NCBI GenBank assembly: GCA_951406725.2
Contig: OX597828.1
Span: 35,588,001-35,652,000, forward strand
Source of the DNA: Octopus vulgaris
Lineage: Eukaryota
Length of the DNA stretch: 64,000 nucleotides
Direction: 5' to 3'
The notes beneath the pieces were generated by a model. The model saw only the letters and a list, made by a program, of their open reading frames with translations. It did no database searches and was not told the DNA's origin. The translations under genes and the position numbers were made by a program. Below, one piece after another: positions 25,379 to 39,444 of this stretch. Numbering within the stretch: position 1 is the stretch's first letter; each line of letters opens with the position of its first letter.

Positions 25379-25789
25379 CTGATATATATATATATATATA
25401 TATAAAAATAAGGAGAAAGAGAGAGTGGGATTGATAGGTAGGTAGGTAGGTAGGTAAGTAGGTATGTATGTATGTATTAATTGCTAGCAATGACACAGTA
25501 TTTTGTGTTGCAACTATGATATACTTCTAAGTATATTAAAGCTTTACAAGTCAATATTTCATCCTGCTTTTCCTGTTAGCAGTGCAATGTTCTCCCTTTT
25601 AAGTTTATCCCTATAGATTTTCTATAGAATTTAGAGCCAGTCCTGAAAGTTATGATGTTTCATATATGAATGCCCCTATGTAAACAATGTGATCAAAGGT
25701 AGAAGAAATGGAGTTAATGGGTGTATATGCATATTTCAAGGGTTATTGCTCTTCCATATATATATATATATATATTTATGTATGCATAA

Positions 25790-25932
<143 letters not shown>

Positions 25933-26965
25933 TTTATTTGAACATGCAAATATTTCATCTTAAAAAAAACTAATATGTAATTAATTCTGTATCGTTTCTT
26001 TAAATAGGTTATAAAATATGCACCAGTTTTATTTGAACATCAGGTGCATTTTATTACGGTGTAACCAAAAATATCTAAGCAGTAACAAACTTGGTAATAT
26101 TTCTTTCTAAAGCTGGAGTTTTTTTGGGGTTTTTTTTCTTCAACAATTCAACTTGTTTTTCCAAATATTTTTTAACATCTAAATACATATACAGCAATAA
26201 TCAAAGATTTTCCCTTGCTAATCCCAAAGACATAAATACTAATTTAATGGAATTTTTACAACCAAATTTTTTTCTTCTTCTATTTCTTCAAAGAAATTTT
26301 ATTTATTTTATTCTTCCTTTTCATGTGTGTGTGTGTGTGTGAGTGTGTGACGGTTTTTCATCAAAGCTTCTGTTGTTCTACTCCTGAATTCCAGTTCAAA
26401 GATGGGCAAACTCATATTCGTTATCATCGTTTACCGTTTTTTTTTTGGTTTTTTTTTTACCGTTTTTAAAATCTAATGGCGAGTAATTGTTTTCTGCAGA
26501 TTTCATCTCAATATGCAACATTCCATGTGATGCACATATATTTTCTGTGATGTTCAGTATCATTTTGAAAACAAAAAAACAAATAAAATAAAATAAAAAA
26601 TGAAAATTCAAATAAAGTAAAACAAATAAACAAATACATAATAATAATTTTTCATTGCATCAATTTAGTACCATATCATCAAAAGTCTCTTTACCATGAC
26701 CAAAAAAAAAAAAAACAGAAAAGAAAAGAAGCAAAATTGTTAAGGTTTATACCTTTTTGTTTTGTGACGAATTTGTGGTTTATATTCCAGTATTAAAAGG
26801 ATAATGGTGTTTCATTCAATCTTTTACCTGAAATTATGAATTATGGATGTAATTTTAGATTACTAAAATGTGGACTATGTGTTCATATTCCATGGCAAAC
26901 AACATTATAATTGAGTATTTGATCCCATGACAACATTATATATATGTAACTTTATATACATAACT

Positions 26966-28540
26966 GCAGGTGTGGCTGTATGGTACGAAGTTTGCTTCTC
27001 AACCTCATGGTTCCTGGTTCAGTCCCACTGTGTGGCACCTTGGGCAAGTGGCTTCTACTATAGCCTTGTGAGTGGATTTGGTAGATGGAAACTGAAAGAA
27101 GCCCATCGTATATATGTATCTCTTATTATAAAAGGCAGATTTTATCTGCCTCCCTTTGTCAGTTATAGAAATCTACAATATAGGATTTCTTCAATTACAA
27201 TTTACCTAGCATTTTTAAGAGTAGAATGCATCGGGTTTTGCCAGGTCCAGTTTTTAAAATTTAAACTCCAATTAAGCAAAATTTACAGAAAACTCACATT
27301 CTGGTGTGTATGTCAAATGCTTTTCTTAGTCTGGTTTACAGCACACACAAACGCACACACACAGTGTGCAACGAATAAAGTGAAACTAGATGTAATATTT
27401 GTTTCTGTCTATCACGCTGATAGATACATGAGTAAAATGTATGGCAAGCTAACAGATAAGAGTGAGTGAAAATGTTCTTGGAAGAGAGTAAATAGCGACA
27501 GATTGATTTGAGGAAGACTAAACTGAAAGTATCAAACAGTGTTTATGTATAAACAGACGACACTTATATAAACCCTTTCGTTACCAAACCGCCCGAATTT
27601 ACCTATTCATATTTAAATGAGAATATCAGAGTAAATCTCTTTAGTACATTCGTGAAAACACGTATTATACTTCGTAAACACTTCAAATACAGTTTTGTAC
27701 AAAAATCGAAGTGTAATTTTAATTCCGTGAATTATGGGAGATTTTTTTCCGAAATTTGTTCCTATTGTGTTTTCAAAATTTGTAATTCTGACAAAAAATG
27801 GATACGAATTTCATTATATCAAGCAGCGAGTCAGAATTCGAAGGATTTTCTACTGAAGACTTTCATAAATCTAACTCTATGACTGAAAAAAAAAAGCATC
27901 TTTATATAAGAGTGAAGTTGTGTGTCTGTCTCCTACGATTTAGATTCGTAACTACTCCCACATTTTGCGGTGCAGTTTAACCAAAAGCGGGTATCTTATA
28001 GTCGTGATTCATATCGAGCCCTTCTGGGTATTAGCACGTGTCTACGATGAGTCTACGATTTTTAAAAAATTTACCATCATATTTTTCCATTTTAATGCAT
28101 TTTTTTCGCTTTTATATAAGGGAAGTAACTCTCTAAAAATATCTACGATGTGTCAACGATTTAAAAAAAAAATTTACCTTAATTTTTTTTCAATTTTTAA
28201 TGCATTTTTTTGCTATTTTTTGGCTATAACTCTCTAAAAATGCTTATATAGTTATTTCCCTTACAACCCAAGCAACGCCGGGCGATACTGCTAGTATGTA
28301 TATATATGTGTGTGTGTGTACATGTGTATTTGTCCCTCAGCACCACTTGGCAACCGATGTTGGTGTGTTTACATCCCCTGTAACTGAGCGGTTTGGCAAA
28401 AGTGTCTAACAGAAGAAGCACCAAGCTTAAAAACAAATAATTACTGGGGTTGATTCATTCAACAGAAAATTCTTCAAGACAATGCCCCAGCATGGCCACA
28501 GTCAAATGACTGAAGCAAGTAAACATAGAAGATAAAAGAC
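26966..28540 (+). mobile_element. SINE family A split by a Helitron
   Basis: Head 26966-27112, tail 28325-28540. Confidence 0.72.
27119..28294 (+). mobile_element. Composite non-autonomous Helitron
   Basis: A|TC start at 27119, second internal TC-type 5' end at 27899, hairpin cccaagcaacgccggg and CTAG|T end at 28294; no TSD. Confidence 0.8.
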
Positions 28541-28618
28541 ATATATATATATATATATATATATAATTAATATACATATATATATATATAATTTATATAT
28601 ATGTATATATATATATAA

Positions 28619-28852
28619 AGTTAATCCAAACAAGAAAGCACAAAAAAACACAACAACGCGAGGACGTGGAACAAATATAGTATTATTGGACACTCAGGAA
28701 AGAAGGAAAGAAGGAGGGTTTAACGTTTCGAGCAGAGCTCTTCATCGGAAACATAGGAGGAAAGATCCAGAGAAGGGAAGACAGAGGAAAAAAATCGCCA
28801 ACGGTACACACGAGGTCACATTTTGAAGTATGCGCAAAGTTTGAGGCGGCGC
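28619..28852 (-). mobile_element. Short (TA)n-flanked element carrying a hammerhead motif (Penelope pLTR/retrozyme-like)
   Basis: Homologous to 30131-30280 and 60529-60590. Motif 28718-28752, reverse complement GUUU CCGAUGA A GAGC UCU GCUC GAAAC GUU AAAC. Confidence 0.7.
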
Positions 28853-28928
<76 letters not shown>

Positions 28929-28978
28929 TTGTGTGTGTATATATATATATATATAAAATTTATATATATATATATATG

Positions 28979-29224
28979 TTGGATTCTCCCGTTGTTAGAC
29001 GACGTATGAGGGTTTGGCAATTTCTTACCAAACAACCACACAGATGATTTGTTTATAGTGATCAAATGTTTGCATTCACATAAGCTGATGCCCTCCATCA
29101 AATCAACATTACCTGTACAGGTGCACCATGAACCACATGTCAGATGACAAAATGATTGCCGAGCAATGTGAAATGAAGTGCTTGCAATCATGAGCGCAAC
29201 ACACTAACCACTAACCCAAGCGCC
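28979..29224 (-). mobile_element. tRNA-derived SINE family F (internally deleted)
   Basis: Reverse head ggcgcttgggttagtggttagtgtgttgcgctc; tail also present at 35748-35805. Confidence 0.55.
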
Positions 29225-29250
29225 TACACATTTATATATATATATATATA

Positions 29251-29660
29251 GACGCAGGAGTGGCTGTGTGGTAAGTAGCTTGCTAACCAACCACATGGTT
29301 CCGGGTTCAGTGCCACTGCGTGGCACCTTGGGCAAGTGTCTTCTGCTATAGTCCCGAGCCGACCAATGCCTTGTGAGTGGATTTGGTAGACAGAAACTGA
29401 AAGAAGCCCGTCGTATATATGTATATATATATGTGTGTGCATGTATGTTTGTGTGTCTGTGTTTGTCCCCCTAGCATTGCTTGACAACTGATGCTGGTGT
29501 GTTTACGTCCCCATTACTTAGCGGTTCGGCAAAAGAAACCAATAGAATAAGTACTGGGCTTACAAAAGAATAAGTCCCGCGGTCGAGTTGCTCGATTAAA
29601 GGCGGTGCTCCAGCATGGCCACAGCCAAATGACTGAAACAAGTAAAAGAGAAAAAGAGAA
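29251..29660 (+). mobile_element. SINE family A, full-length young copy
   Basis: A box tggctgtgtgg, B-box-like ggttcagtgcc, ccttgggcaagt core, (gag.aaaa)n tail. Confidence 0.88.
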
Positions 29661-29829
29661 AAAGAGAAAAATATATCATCATCATCATTGTTTAACATCC
29701 ACCTTCCATGCTACCATGGGTGGGACAGTTTCACGAGAGCCAGTCAGGCAGAAGCCTACACCAGATTTGTGCGACTGTTTTAGTAAGATTTTTACAGCTG
29801 GATGCCTTTCCTCACATCAATATTCTTTA

Positions 29830-30035
29830 TTCTTTTATTTGTTTCAGTCATTTGACTGTGGCTATGCTGGAGTACCAGCTTTAGTCAAACAAATCGACCC
29901 CAGGACTTATTCTTTGTAAGCCTAGTATTTATTCTATTGGTCTCTTTTTGCCGAACCGATAAGTCACCGGGATGTAAACACACCAACATTGGTTGTCAAG
30001 CGATGGTTGTGGGACAAACACAGACACACAAACAT
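29830..30035 (-). mobile_element. SINE family A 3' half, inverted relative to 29251-29660
   Basis: Reverse complement of ~29455-29645. Confidence 0.75.
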
Positions 30036-30130
30036 ATACATACACACAAACATACATATATCTATATCTGTCTATCTATCTATCTATTTATCTATCTATC
30101 TATCTCTCTCTCTCTATATATATATATATA

Positions 30131-30275
30131 AAGTATTATGTAAAGTATTAGCAGACGCTCAGGGAAGGAAAGAAAGATGGTTTAATGCTTTGAGCAATGC
30201 TCTTCTTCAGAAACAGTGGAAAGTCCAATAAAGAGGAAGACGGAGGAAAAAAAATCGCCAATAATTCACATGTGG

Positions 30276-30280
<5 letters not shown>
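30131..30280 (-). mobile_element. Second copy of the hammerhead-bearing short element (decayed GAAA)
   Basis: Reverse complement 30180-30214: GUUU CUGAAGA A GAGC AUU GCUC AAAGC AUU AAAC. Confidence 0.6.
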
Positions 30281-30319
<39 letters not shown>

Positions 30320-30322
30320 GAA

Positions 30323-30752
30323 GATATGTTTCTTTATTAGCCACACAGGGCTGCACACAGATAGAACAAATTACAAGGTAGAGCTTTTCTTTTGAAGGTT
30401 TAAAAAAAAAAAAAAAAAAAAAATAGGAAGGGGGAGTTTCGATCAAAAGGGATCATAAAAGGAGAGAGAGAGGACAAAAAAAGGGGGGTTAAAAAAAAGG
30501 GGGAGAGGAAAAAAAAAAATTTGATCAATAGGGATTGTTATCACAGAAATGTCAATATGAAGTGTAAAGGGGAGGACAGGTGAGGTTTACCCGTGGAAAG
30601 AAAAGCCTACGGAAAAGACCACGGTAACCTCGGTCAATGAAGTCACATGTTATATTTCTTTTTTTTTTTTTTTTGCAAATAAGCAACTCTCTGTTTTCAA
30701 TTTCTGGGTTCATAGGATCATGCTCAAGGTGGCTTCGTCATTCATACGTGCC
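30323..30752 (-). mobile_element. LINE 3' end, family E (possibly Tx1/L1 clade)
   Basis: Reverse strand ORF end ...[13 protein letters not shown], a 3' UTR and AATAAA; 5'-truncated against (GATA)n. Clade assignment is tentative. Confidence 0.5.
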
Positions 30753-30754
30753 AA

Positions 30755-30762
30755 ATAGATAT

Positions 30763-30838
<76 letters not shown>

Positions 30839-30909
30839 GTAGGTAGGTAGGTTGGTAGGTAAGTAGGTAGACAGACAGACAGACAGGTAGGCAGGTAGAT
30901 AGATAGATG

Positions 30910-30984
<75 letters not shown>

Positions 30985-31101
30985 CGGTAGGTAGGTAGGT
31001 AGGTAGGATTAAGTAGATCAGTAGGTAGGTAGGTAGGTAGGTAGATCGGTAGGTAGGTAGGTAGGTAGGTAGACAGACAGACAGACAGGTAGGTAGGTAG
31101 G

Positions 31102-31169
<68 letters not shown>

Positions 31170-31185
31170 AAGATAGATAGATAGC
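30755..31185. repeat. (GATA)n/(GGTA)n/(GACA)n compound tetranucleotide repeat
   Basis: Directly visible. Confidence 0.95.
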
Positions 31186-31275
31186 CAAATGATAAAACAC
31201 TGACATAGAGATATTGAAAATTGCACAAATAAACAGACAGACAGGTAGATAGAAGAGTTAAGCAAAGAAGAAGTG

Positions 31276-31312
<37 letters not shown>

Positions 31313-31664
31313 TGTAATTAATTTGATTAACTTCAACTATATAGACATGTATACATACATAAAAATTGTGGGGGTGGGGGGGTGACAGTGAAGGAATAGA
31401 AACATCGGAATAAACCATTGAAGTAAAATTAATTAAGTTACAAAGCCTAATGAGTCTATATCACTTTGTGTTTGACTGTGCTAACGAATAGTTGAGCGTC
31501 TGAAGTTATATACATCAATATGTGTGTATTTCTGAGTTTTGTTTTCATAGATACTCATTTACATGTATGCACACAATCCAAAATAAATGTACACATATTA
31601 CTTTTGTTTGAGTATGTATTTATATATTATGAATATAAATGTGTACACTTTTGTGTGCATGTGT

Positions 31665-31703
<39 letters not shown>

Positions 31704-31966
31704 TTATTTATACAGTCGCACACATTAATTAATGCACACTGGTGCACATGAACATAAGAAAAATGTTACTTTTTGCATGCAAAACATATGCACTCACACA
31801 TATATGTGTATATGTGTGTGTGTGTGTATGTTTGTATGCATGTATGCTTGCATATATGTAATCTGAATATATATATACATATATATATATATATACATAT
31901 ATGTGCATATCTATATATATACATAAATATATATATCTATATATATATATATATACATATATATAC

Positions 31967-32064
<98 letters not shown>

Positions 32065-32110
32065 TTGTATATATACATATAATATGAATTTACACACAAG
32101 CATGCACGCA

Positions 32111-32150
<40 letters not shown>

Positions 32151-32459
32151 TAAAAAAGTAGGGGAAAGAGGTGCAGTAACAAAGCAGAGAGATACAAATT
32201 AAGACAGAAAAAGAGAATAAGAACGAGTTACACGATGGAAGAGATTTGATCATGGGACTTGGAATTAAAGTACACACTCTTGAACTCATCCATGCATAGC
32301 AGTCTATATACATGCCAAAGAATATTCATTCGGTCATGCGTAGCTTTATTTCCTAAAAGATGAATTCTTTATTTATTTTTGTTAATCAGTTTATGAATCT
32401 AAATACACCATATTTGTTATAAATCTGTCACTTTCTCCTACATAACCTTAGTTAAATCT

Positions 32460-32532
<73 letters not shown>

Positions 32533-33020
32533 TGTATACATACATATATATATGTGTGTGTGTGTGTATACAGATTGTGCATGTATATACATATATGAGC
32601 GTACACATACACATACATATAATGATACACATACATGGCCATCATTTAATATATGCAGGATTTAAATGCCTCTAATAATACATTAGTCTGACGAACTTGC
32701 ATAACATTCTACATATTGTTGGGTATTCATTAAAGTTCAAAATACACCATGGATGCTCTCTGAGAAAAGTGAGAAAGAACAAGAAAGAGGTAAAAAAATA
32801 AAGGAAAAAGGAAATAACAAAGCATTAAGGGCAATGAGACAAGAATCGTGTCCCTTTAATTCATTAGAATGGCACCTAACAATGGTTAGAATGTTACTTC
32901 AATGGAGAAAGTTTAAAATTTGTGATACTGCATGCTTTATCTGAAGAGGGTATGTTTCCCATTTCAGTAATAGAAACTTATCCAGTTGCTTGCATTTAGT
33001 AAAAATTTCAGATCTACAAT

Positions 33021-33145
33021 TTGTACCTGTATTTCAAAGAACCAGCCTTGTCACACTCTGTGTCACGCTGAATCTCCCCGGGAATTACATTAAAGGTACA
33101 CGTGTCTATGGAGTACTCAGCCACTTACACATTAATTTCACAAGC
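33021..33145 (+). mobile_element. SINE family B 3' fragment
   Basis: Matches 3787-3968. Confidence 0.75.
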
Positions 33146-34377
33146 AGGCTGTTCTGTTGATAGGATCAACTAGAACCCTTGTCATCATAACCAACGGAGT
33201 ACCACTAACACACACATATATACACACACATGCATTTATATATATAAAGGTAAAAAAACACACTCACCAATCTTTGTAGCTTTTTTTTCTTTACTAGTTG
33301 AAAGAACTGTTAAAGAATACAAATTATTCAACTTTATTGAATTGAGTAACAGACTTTCCATCATGGTTCATGTGTGTGTGTGTGTGTATTTGCATTCTGG
33401 GTGGAGCAAGTGAACTAATGGAAGACAAAGAGTTAAGCACATCTGATGCAATTATAACAGTTAATTCTGATGAAATTATGGCTGTTAAATACTTAATTTA
33501 AACTATCAAACATTCGTCAACTGGTTTCCTCTAAATCAACTAATTTAATTGATGTTTTGTTTTGTTTTTTTTTCCAGCAAGTATAATAATTTCATGATTA
33601 CATGTTTAATTCAGTTTGGTTTAATTCAAGTATTTTTCCAATTAAAACGAAATAGTAAATAGTTCTAACACACATTGCCACCCATTTTTACTCCACCGAC
33701 TACTTTAAAATGTTATTCAAAAGGCCCCACCTCTGTAATAGGCTCCATCATTGTTGTCATCATCATTATCATTTAAATGTCTACTTTTCTATGCTTGCAT
33801 AAGTCAAACAAAATTCATTGAAGCAGAATTACTACAACCAAATGCCCTTCTTGTTGCCAACTCTTTTCTGTTTCCAAGAAACATAATATTTCTCTTTATT
33901 CCTTCAAACTCAAACAGGAATATTGGCAAGATATGCTTTCAGCTGGGTGATTGCAAATAAACAACACCACTTGTATATCAGTGACTTTTCTTTACATTTA
34001 GCCTGCAATGTCAAGACAAGTAGATGTAAACACACACTGCATACAACTCATGCACACACACACACACACACACACACACTAATGCATATATATGTATGTA
34101 AATGTTTGTGTGTGTGTGTTGTACTTAATATAGACAGATCTGGTACCGTCACTCAGTACACAGGTGACTTCATAGAAGAGAAAGGCGGGAAAGAGATAGA
34201 GTGATAATGGCAATGGTTAAGGGGTTCATTAAAACCCTTCCTCATTACATAGGCATGATGATAGATGAGGTGGAAAAATGTCATAAATGGGGATTTAACA
34301 GAAGTTTATTTGGTGAGAGACCCAATGATGTATTGTAACATCTCAGTCTTTAATTAACCACAGTTAATTACTTGTTA

Positions 34378-34616
34378 GGTGGTGAGATGGCAGAATTGTT
34401 AGCATTCTGGGCAAAATGCTTAGCGGTATTTCGTCTGTTGTTACGTTCTGAGTTCAAATTCCACTGAGCTCGACTTTGCCTTTCAACTTTACGGGGTCGA
34501 TTAAATAAGTACCAATTAATTAAGTAACAGCACTGGGGTCAATGTAATCGACTTAATCCCTTTGTCTGTCCTTGTTTGTCCCCTCTACGTTTAGCCCCAT
34601 GTGGGAAATAAAGAAA
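34378..34616 (+). mobile_element. SINE family C
   Basis: Matches 9384-9610 throughout. Confidence 0.8.
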
Positions 34617-35418
34617 TGAGAATTAATTAATTACTTTACCATACTTGTATTGGTCTGTGAGTTTTCTCTAGTACCACATGTAACTAATCAACCAAATTCT
34701 ATGCCATGCCCATCATGAAGTCCAGCTTCTCAGGGTATTCTTCTCTACTTTTCTGCATGTCTTTCTTGATTTTCTTCTTGTGCAGGTTCCTTCCACTTCA
34801 AGTGCACAAGTACCTGCCACATTTTATACAACAAAGCCTTCCACCAAATCTCAGTTGAAGGGTCTTGTCTTGCAAGTATTTAGGTGACCTTACTGGTGCC
34901 AGTGCCACATAAAAAGCACCCAGCTAACTCTGTAAAGTAGTTGGTGGTAGGAAGAGTATCTGGCCACAGAATCCATTCCAAGAAAGACAGTAGAGCTCTT
35001 CACTGTCTTCTAGCTTGCTAGCTCTTGTCAAACTGTCCAACCCATGCCCGCATGGAAAGCAGATATTAAAATGAGAATGATTATAATGATGATGCACATC
35101 ACATGTCCATACCAACATACTCTTCTTTCATACACACTGCCTCTGATTCTGCTTAATCCAGCTTTTCTCTAAGATTCATTTGTGATCCATCGTACATGCT
35201 CTCTAACATCACACACTGCCTCCATCTGCGCCAAATTCTGTTCAAAAGGCATGCTCCAAGTGACATGCAGCAGGATCATATCTGGCACCACAGGGTTGCA
35301 AGTGCATTTCTTAGCAACAAAATATATATATATATATATTTCTATAATATGTAATTTTTCTAAATGGTATAATGTAATTTTTCATTATTGAATCGATTAA
35401 AGGTGTTTTTTTTTCAAA

Positions 35419-35747
<329 letters not shown>

Positions 35748-35804
35748 GGACCCTCCCATCATTAGACGATGTATGAGGTTTCGACAATTTCTTACCAAAC
35801 AACT

Positions 35805-35858
<54 letters not shown>

Positions 35859-36335
35859 GGCTGTGTGTGTATGTGTAAGCATATGTATGTATGTCAATGT
35901 ATGTGCATATGTATAAACATATGTGTGTGTGTGTTTTTATTATTTCTTCTTTCAACTAAGATGACTTTCTCATCCATCTTTCCACCATGTATGACAATAT
36001 CTGGTAAAAAAAAAAAAAAAAAAAAAAACCTAAAACCTATAATTTTCTTCACAATCCAAGCAGAAATTCCAATTTTAGCTCATGTCCTTGATTTCAAGGG
36101 AGTTTGACCTTTCTAATAATGCACCAATTTATGCACTCAACATGAAACTTGCATGGCAGTCTTATAATAATGGTAAATTCTTTCGTGCTTGAGTGCTCTC
36201 CAGAATATCAAGCTTCCTGCTTTAGATTAAACGGTAACTCCTTGTTTGTTGTTTGTGCTTTTCCTAATATGCTGTGAGAGCAATTCTGTAATTTGTGTAT
36301 ATGTGTGCATGTTTTGTATGGTGCATTTGTGAATG

Positions 36336-36337
<2 letters not shown>

Positions 36338-36406
<69 letters not shown>

Positions 36407-36431
36407 AAGAAATAGTATATTTGTCAGGACA

Positions 36432-36484
<53 letters not shown>

Positions 36485-36572
36485 ATATATATATGTATAT
36501 ATATATATATATATACATATATATTTATATATATGTATGTATATATATATATATATATATACATATATATTT

Positions 36573-36604
<32 letters not shown>

Positions 36605-36750
36605 GCACATATATATATATATATTTGTATGTATATTTATATATATGTTGTACATATATAGATATGTGTGTATATATATATTGTATTGTATACATATATA
36701 TATTTATGAACATGCATATCTTAATGGTTCTTTAAATACATACATACATA

Positions 36751-36781
<31 letters not shown>

Positions 36782-36910
36782 ATATATACATACATATATA
36801 GATAGATATATATGTGTGTGTATATAAATATATATATATATATACATACATATATACATACATACATATATATACATATATATACACACACACATATACA
36901 TACATATGTA

Positions 36911-36956
<46 letters not shown>

Positions 36957-37000
36957 CACACCCACACACATATACACATACACGATGCATATGTATATGT
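36338..37000. repeat. Long (TA)n-dominated compound microsatellite
   Basis: Directly visible. Confidence 0.95.
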
Positions 37001-37714
37001 ATTTCTTTCTTCATCCTAGATGACTTTTTCATCCATCTATGTGTGTGCACATATAAATCCCTGTAGCAAGAATCCTTCACTGTGCAAGTAATGTCAATCA
37101 GGGCCACATACAGACATAAGCATTGCAACATCCTTGGTTTCAAGAGCTTTTTACTACTTTTCAATGTCATTGAATTCCATTGCAGCAGCAATCAATGTTG
37201 CCCTCCACCACCAACACCACCAATACCAGCAACACCACCACCTTACAACATGAAGTGAGACGTCCATGAACAGCTGATAGTGACTCCACAAGATACATTT
37301 GAAGACATTTCTCTTATCCAAGAATACAGTTGCCCTGAGTATCAATATCATAAGAAAACATATAAAAGGCAACAGAACAGAATTAATATCACTCTGTATC
37401 TGCAATATACATACGTATGTACATACATACATACATATATATATATATATGTATGCATATGTATATACACATACATACACATATATACATGTATGTATAT
37501 GTATATATATAAATATATATACATATACATATGTGTATATATACATACACATGCACACACACGTATGTGTTTATATGTTAGTTAGTTAGTTAGTTAATTT
37601 TTTGCTCAAAAAGCAAGGCCATGTAGGGGGACATGGAGTTATGTACAGGGTGGTGTTCCTCGCCTGCCACACATATATATATATTTATGTGTGTGTGTGT
37701 GTGTTTGTGTGTAT

Positions 37715-37747
<33 letters not shown>

Positions 37748-37749
37748 TA

Positions 37750-38070
37750 GGTGTAGGCATGGCTCTGTGGTAAGAAGCTTTCTTCACAACCACATGGTTC
37801 TGTGTTCAGTCCCACTGTTTGACACCTTGGGCAAGTGTCTTCTACCGTAGCCTCATGCTGGCCAAAGCCTTGTAAATGGATTTGGTTGATGGAAAGTGAA
37901 AGAATCCCATTGTGTGTGTGTGTGTGTGTGTGGGCGCACATCTTTGTATTTCTTCCCCATCGCTGCTTGACAATTGATGCTGGTATGTTTACACCCCTAT
38001 AACTTAGCAGTTCAGCAAAACAGTCCACAGAAAATGTACTGGGGGGGGGTCGATTCACTCGACTAAAAAT
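37750..38070 (+). mobile_element. SINE family A, diverged
   Basis: Head tggctctgtggtaagaagc...ccttgggcaagtgtcttcta. Confidence 0.72.
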
Positions 38071-38355
38071 TCACTTAGTGAACTAGGGCCATGTGTAATC
38101 AACTTACTCTTCTTACCAAAATTGCGGTCCCTTGCGCGAAAATTTGAAACCATAATATTATTATTATTATTATTGTCATCATCAGAGACAGTGACATGGC
38201 AGGATTGTTAAAGCATCAAAGAAAATGTCTTGTGATATTTGTTCCAGACCTTTACATTCTGATTTCAAGACCTACTCATGTTAACTTTGCCTTTCATAAT
38301 TTTGGGAGTTGATAAAATAAAGTGGCTGTTAAATATTAGGGGGTAATATTTTGAT

Positions 38356-38477
38356 TTAAATTTTTCATCACCTTTCCTGTGACCTCTTCAGCAACTCTCC
38401 ATCCCATGTGTCTCCTTCTGTTCTGATGGAATGGAGAGTTGCTGAAGAGGTTACAGGACATGTGACAAAAAATTTAA
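38356..38477. repeat. Inverted repeat (hairpin) with ~47-bp arms
   Basis: tcctgtgacctcttcagcaactctccat (38375-38402) pairs with atggagagttgctgaagaggttacagga (38431-38458). Confidence 0.85.
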
Positions 38478-38694
38478 GACAAAAGACATGAAGTGAAGAA
38501 TGGGTTTATGGTGTGTGTGTGGTTATTTGGCAAAAAAAGAAAATGACCATCCCCAAATATAACAATACCTGTTTCAACATGCAATTCCACATCAGGAATC
38601 TTACAAAACAAATACATAAATGTTTAGCAAAATACTTTTATCATTATTAAGCAGATGTCCCCCCCCCCACTGGTCGATGTCAGTTCCTCTCCAC

Positions 38695-38966
38695 CCAACT
38701 GGCTCCTATGCCGGTGACACGTAAAAAGCACCATCTGAACGGGGTCAATACCAGTGCCACCTGACTGGCTCCCTTGCTGGTGGCATGTAAAATGCACCCA
38801 CTACACTCTCAGAGTGGTTGGCATTAGGAAGGGCATCTAGCTGTAAGAAACCTTGCCAGATCAGATTGGAGCTTGGTGCAACCTACTGGTTTGCCAGTCT
38901 TCAGTCAAACCATCCAACCCATGCCAGCATGGAAAACAGACGTTAAACGGTGATGATGATGATGAT
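38695..38966 (+). mobile_element. Family D 3' fragment
   Basis: Two ggtg.cacgtaaaa units plus the common tail to (gat)n. Confidence 0.75.
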
Positions 38967-39079
38967 ATTTGGAACATAAATTATCATGAAACCTTGATGA
39001 AAGTCTTTAATTTAGATTACTTTAACACTTTTACTTCACAAAGCAGACATATGCAGTCAAAATTCCATTTTTATTTACT

Positions 39080-39245
39080 CAGGGTCATCTTAACAGTATT
39101 ATAGGGGCCCAGGCAAATCAGTGTATTGGGCCTTATAGTATTTATTGATAGGAAACTACAGCACATAGATCAAAACTGAGCCCCCCTTAGACCCATAAGG
39201 TCCCAGGACAACTGCCCGGTGTGTCCATGCCTTAAAATGGCACTG
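39080..39245. mobile_element. hAT-like MITE
   Basis: Imperfect TIRs cagggtcatcttaa / ttaaaatggcactg. Confidence 0.45.
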
Positions 39246-39247
39246 CC

Positions 39248-39444
39248 TTAACTGTGGAAAGCAGTTTTATATACCAATCTATCTTTCATTTAGGAATGTC
39301 AAGTCTGAAAATATCTTTTGTTGAAATATGTCAAGTTTATTGAGGTGCCATGACTTGCAGAAAATACTAATTCTGTTTTTTGGTAGATATTTAACATCAT
39401 TACATGGCATAACCATGAAGTTTAATTTCACAGTTAAAGGGTTA
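39248..39444. mobile_element. TTAA-type MITE fragment, same family as 43893-44123
   Basis: Shared ataccaatctatcttt...ttttttggtagatattt...tttcacagttaaaggg|ttaa. Confidence 0.6.

Noticed and set aside
26927-27469. 180-aa ORF
   Set aside because: Chimeric read-through of a SINE head into a Helitron; no protein motif.
37067-37258. Reading frame ending PPPPTPPIPATPPPYNMK (PPxY motif)
   Set aside because: Derived from a degenerate (CCA)n tract; weak acceptor and no other coding evidence.
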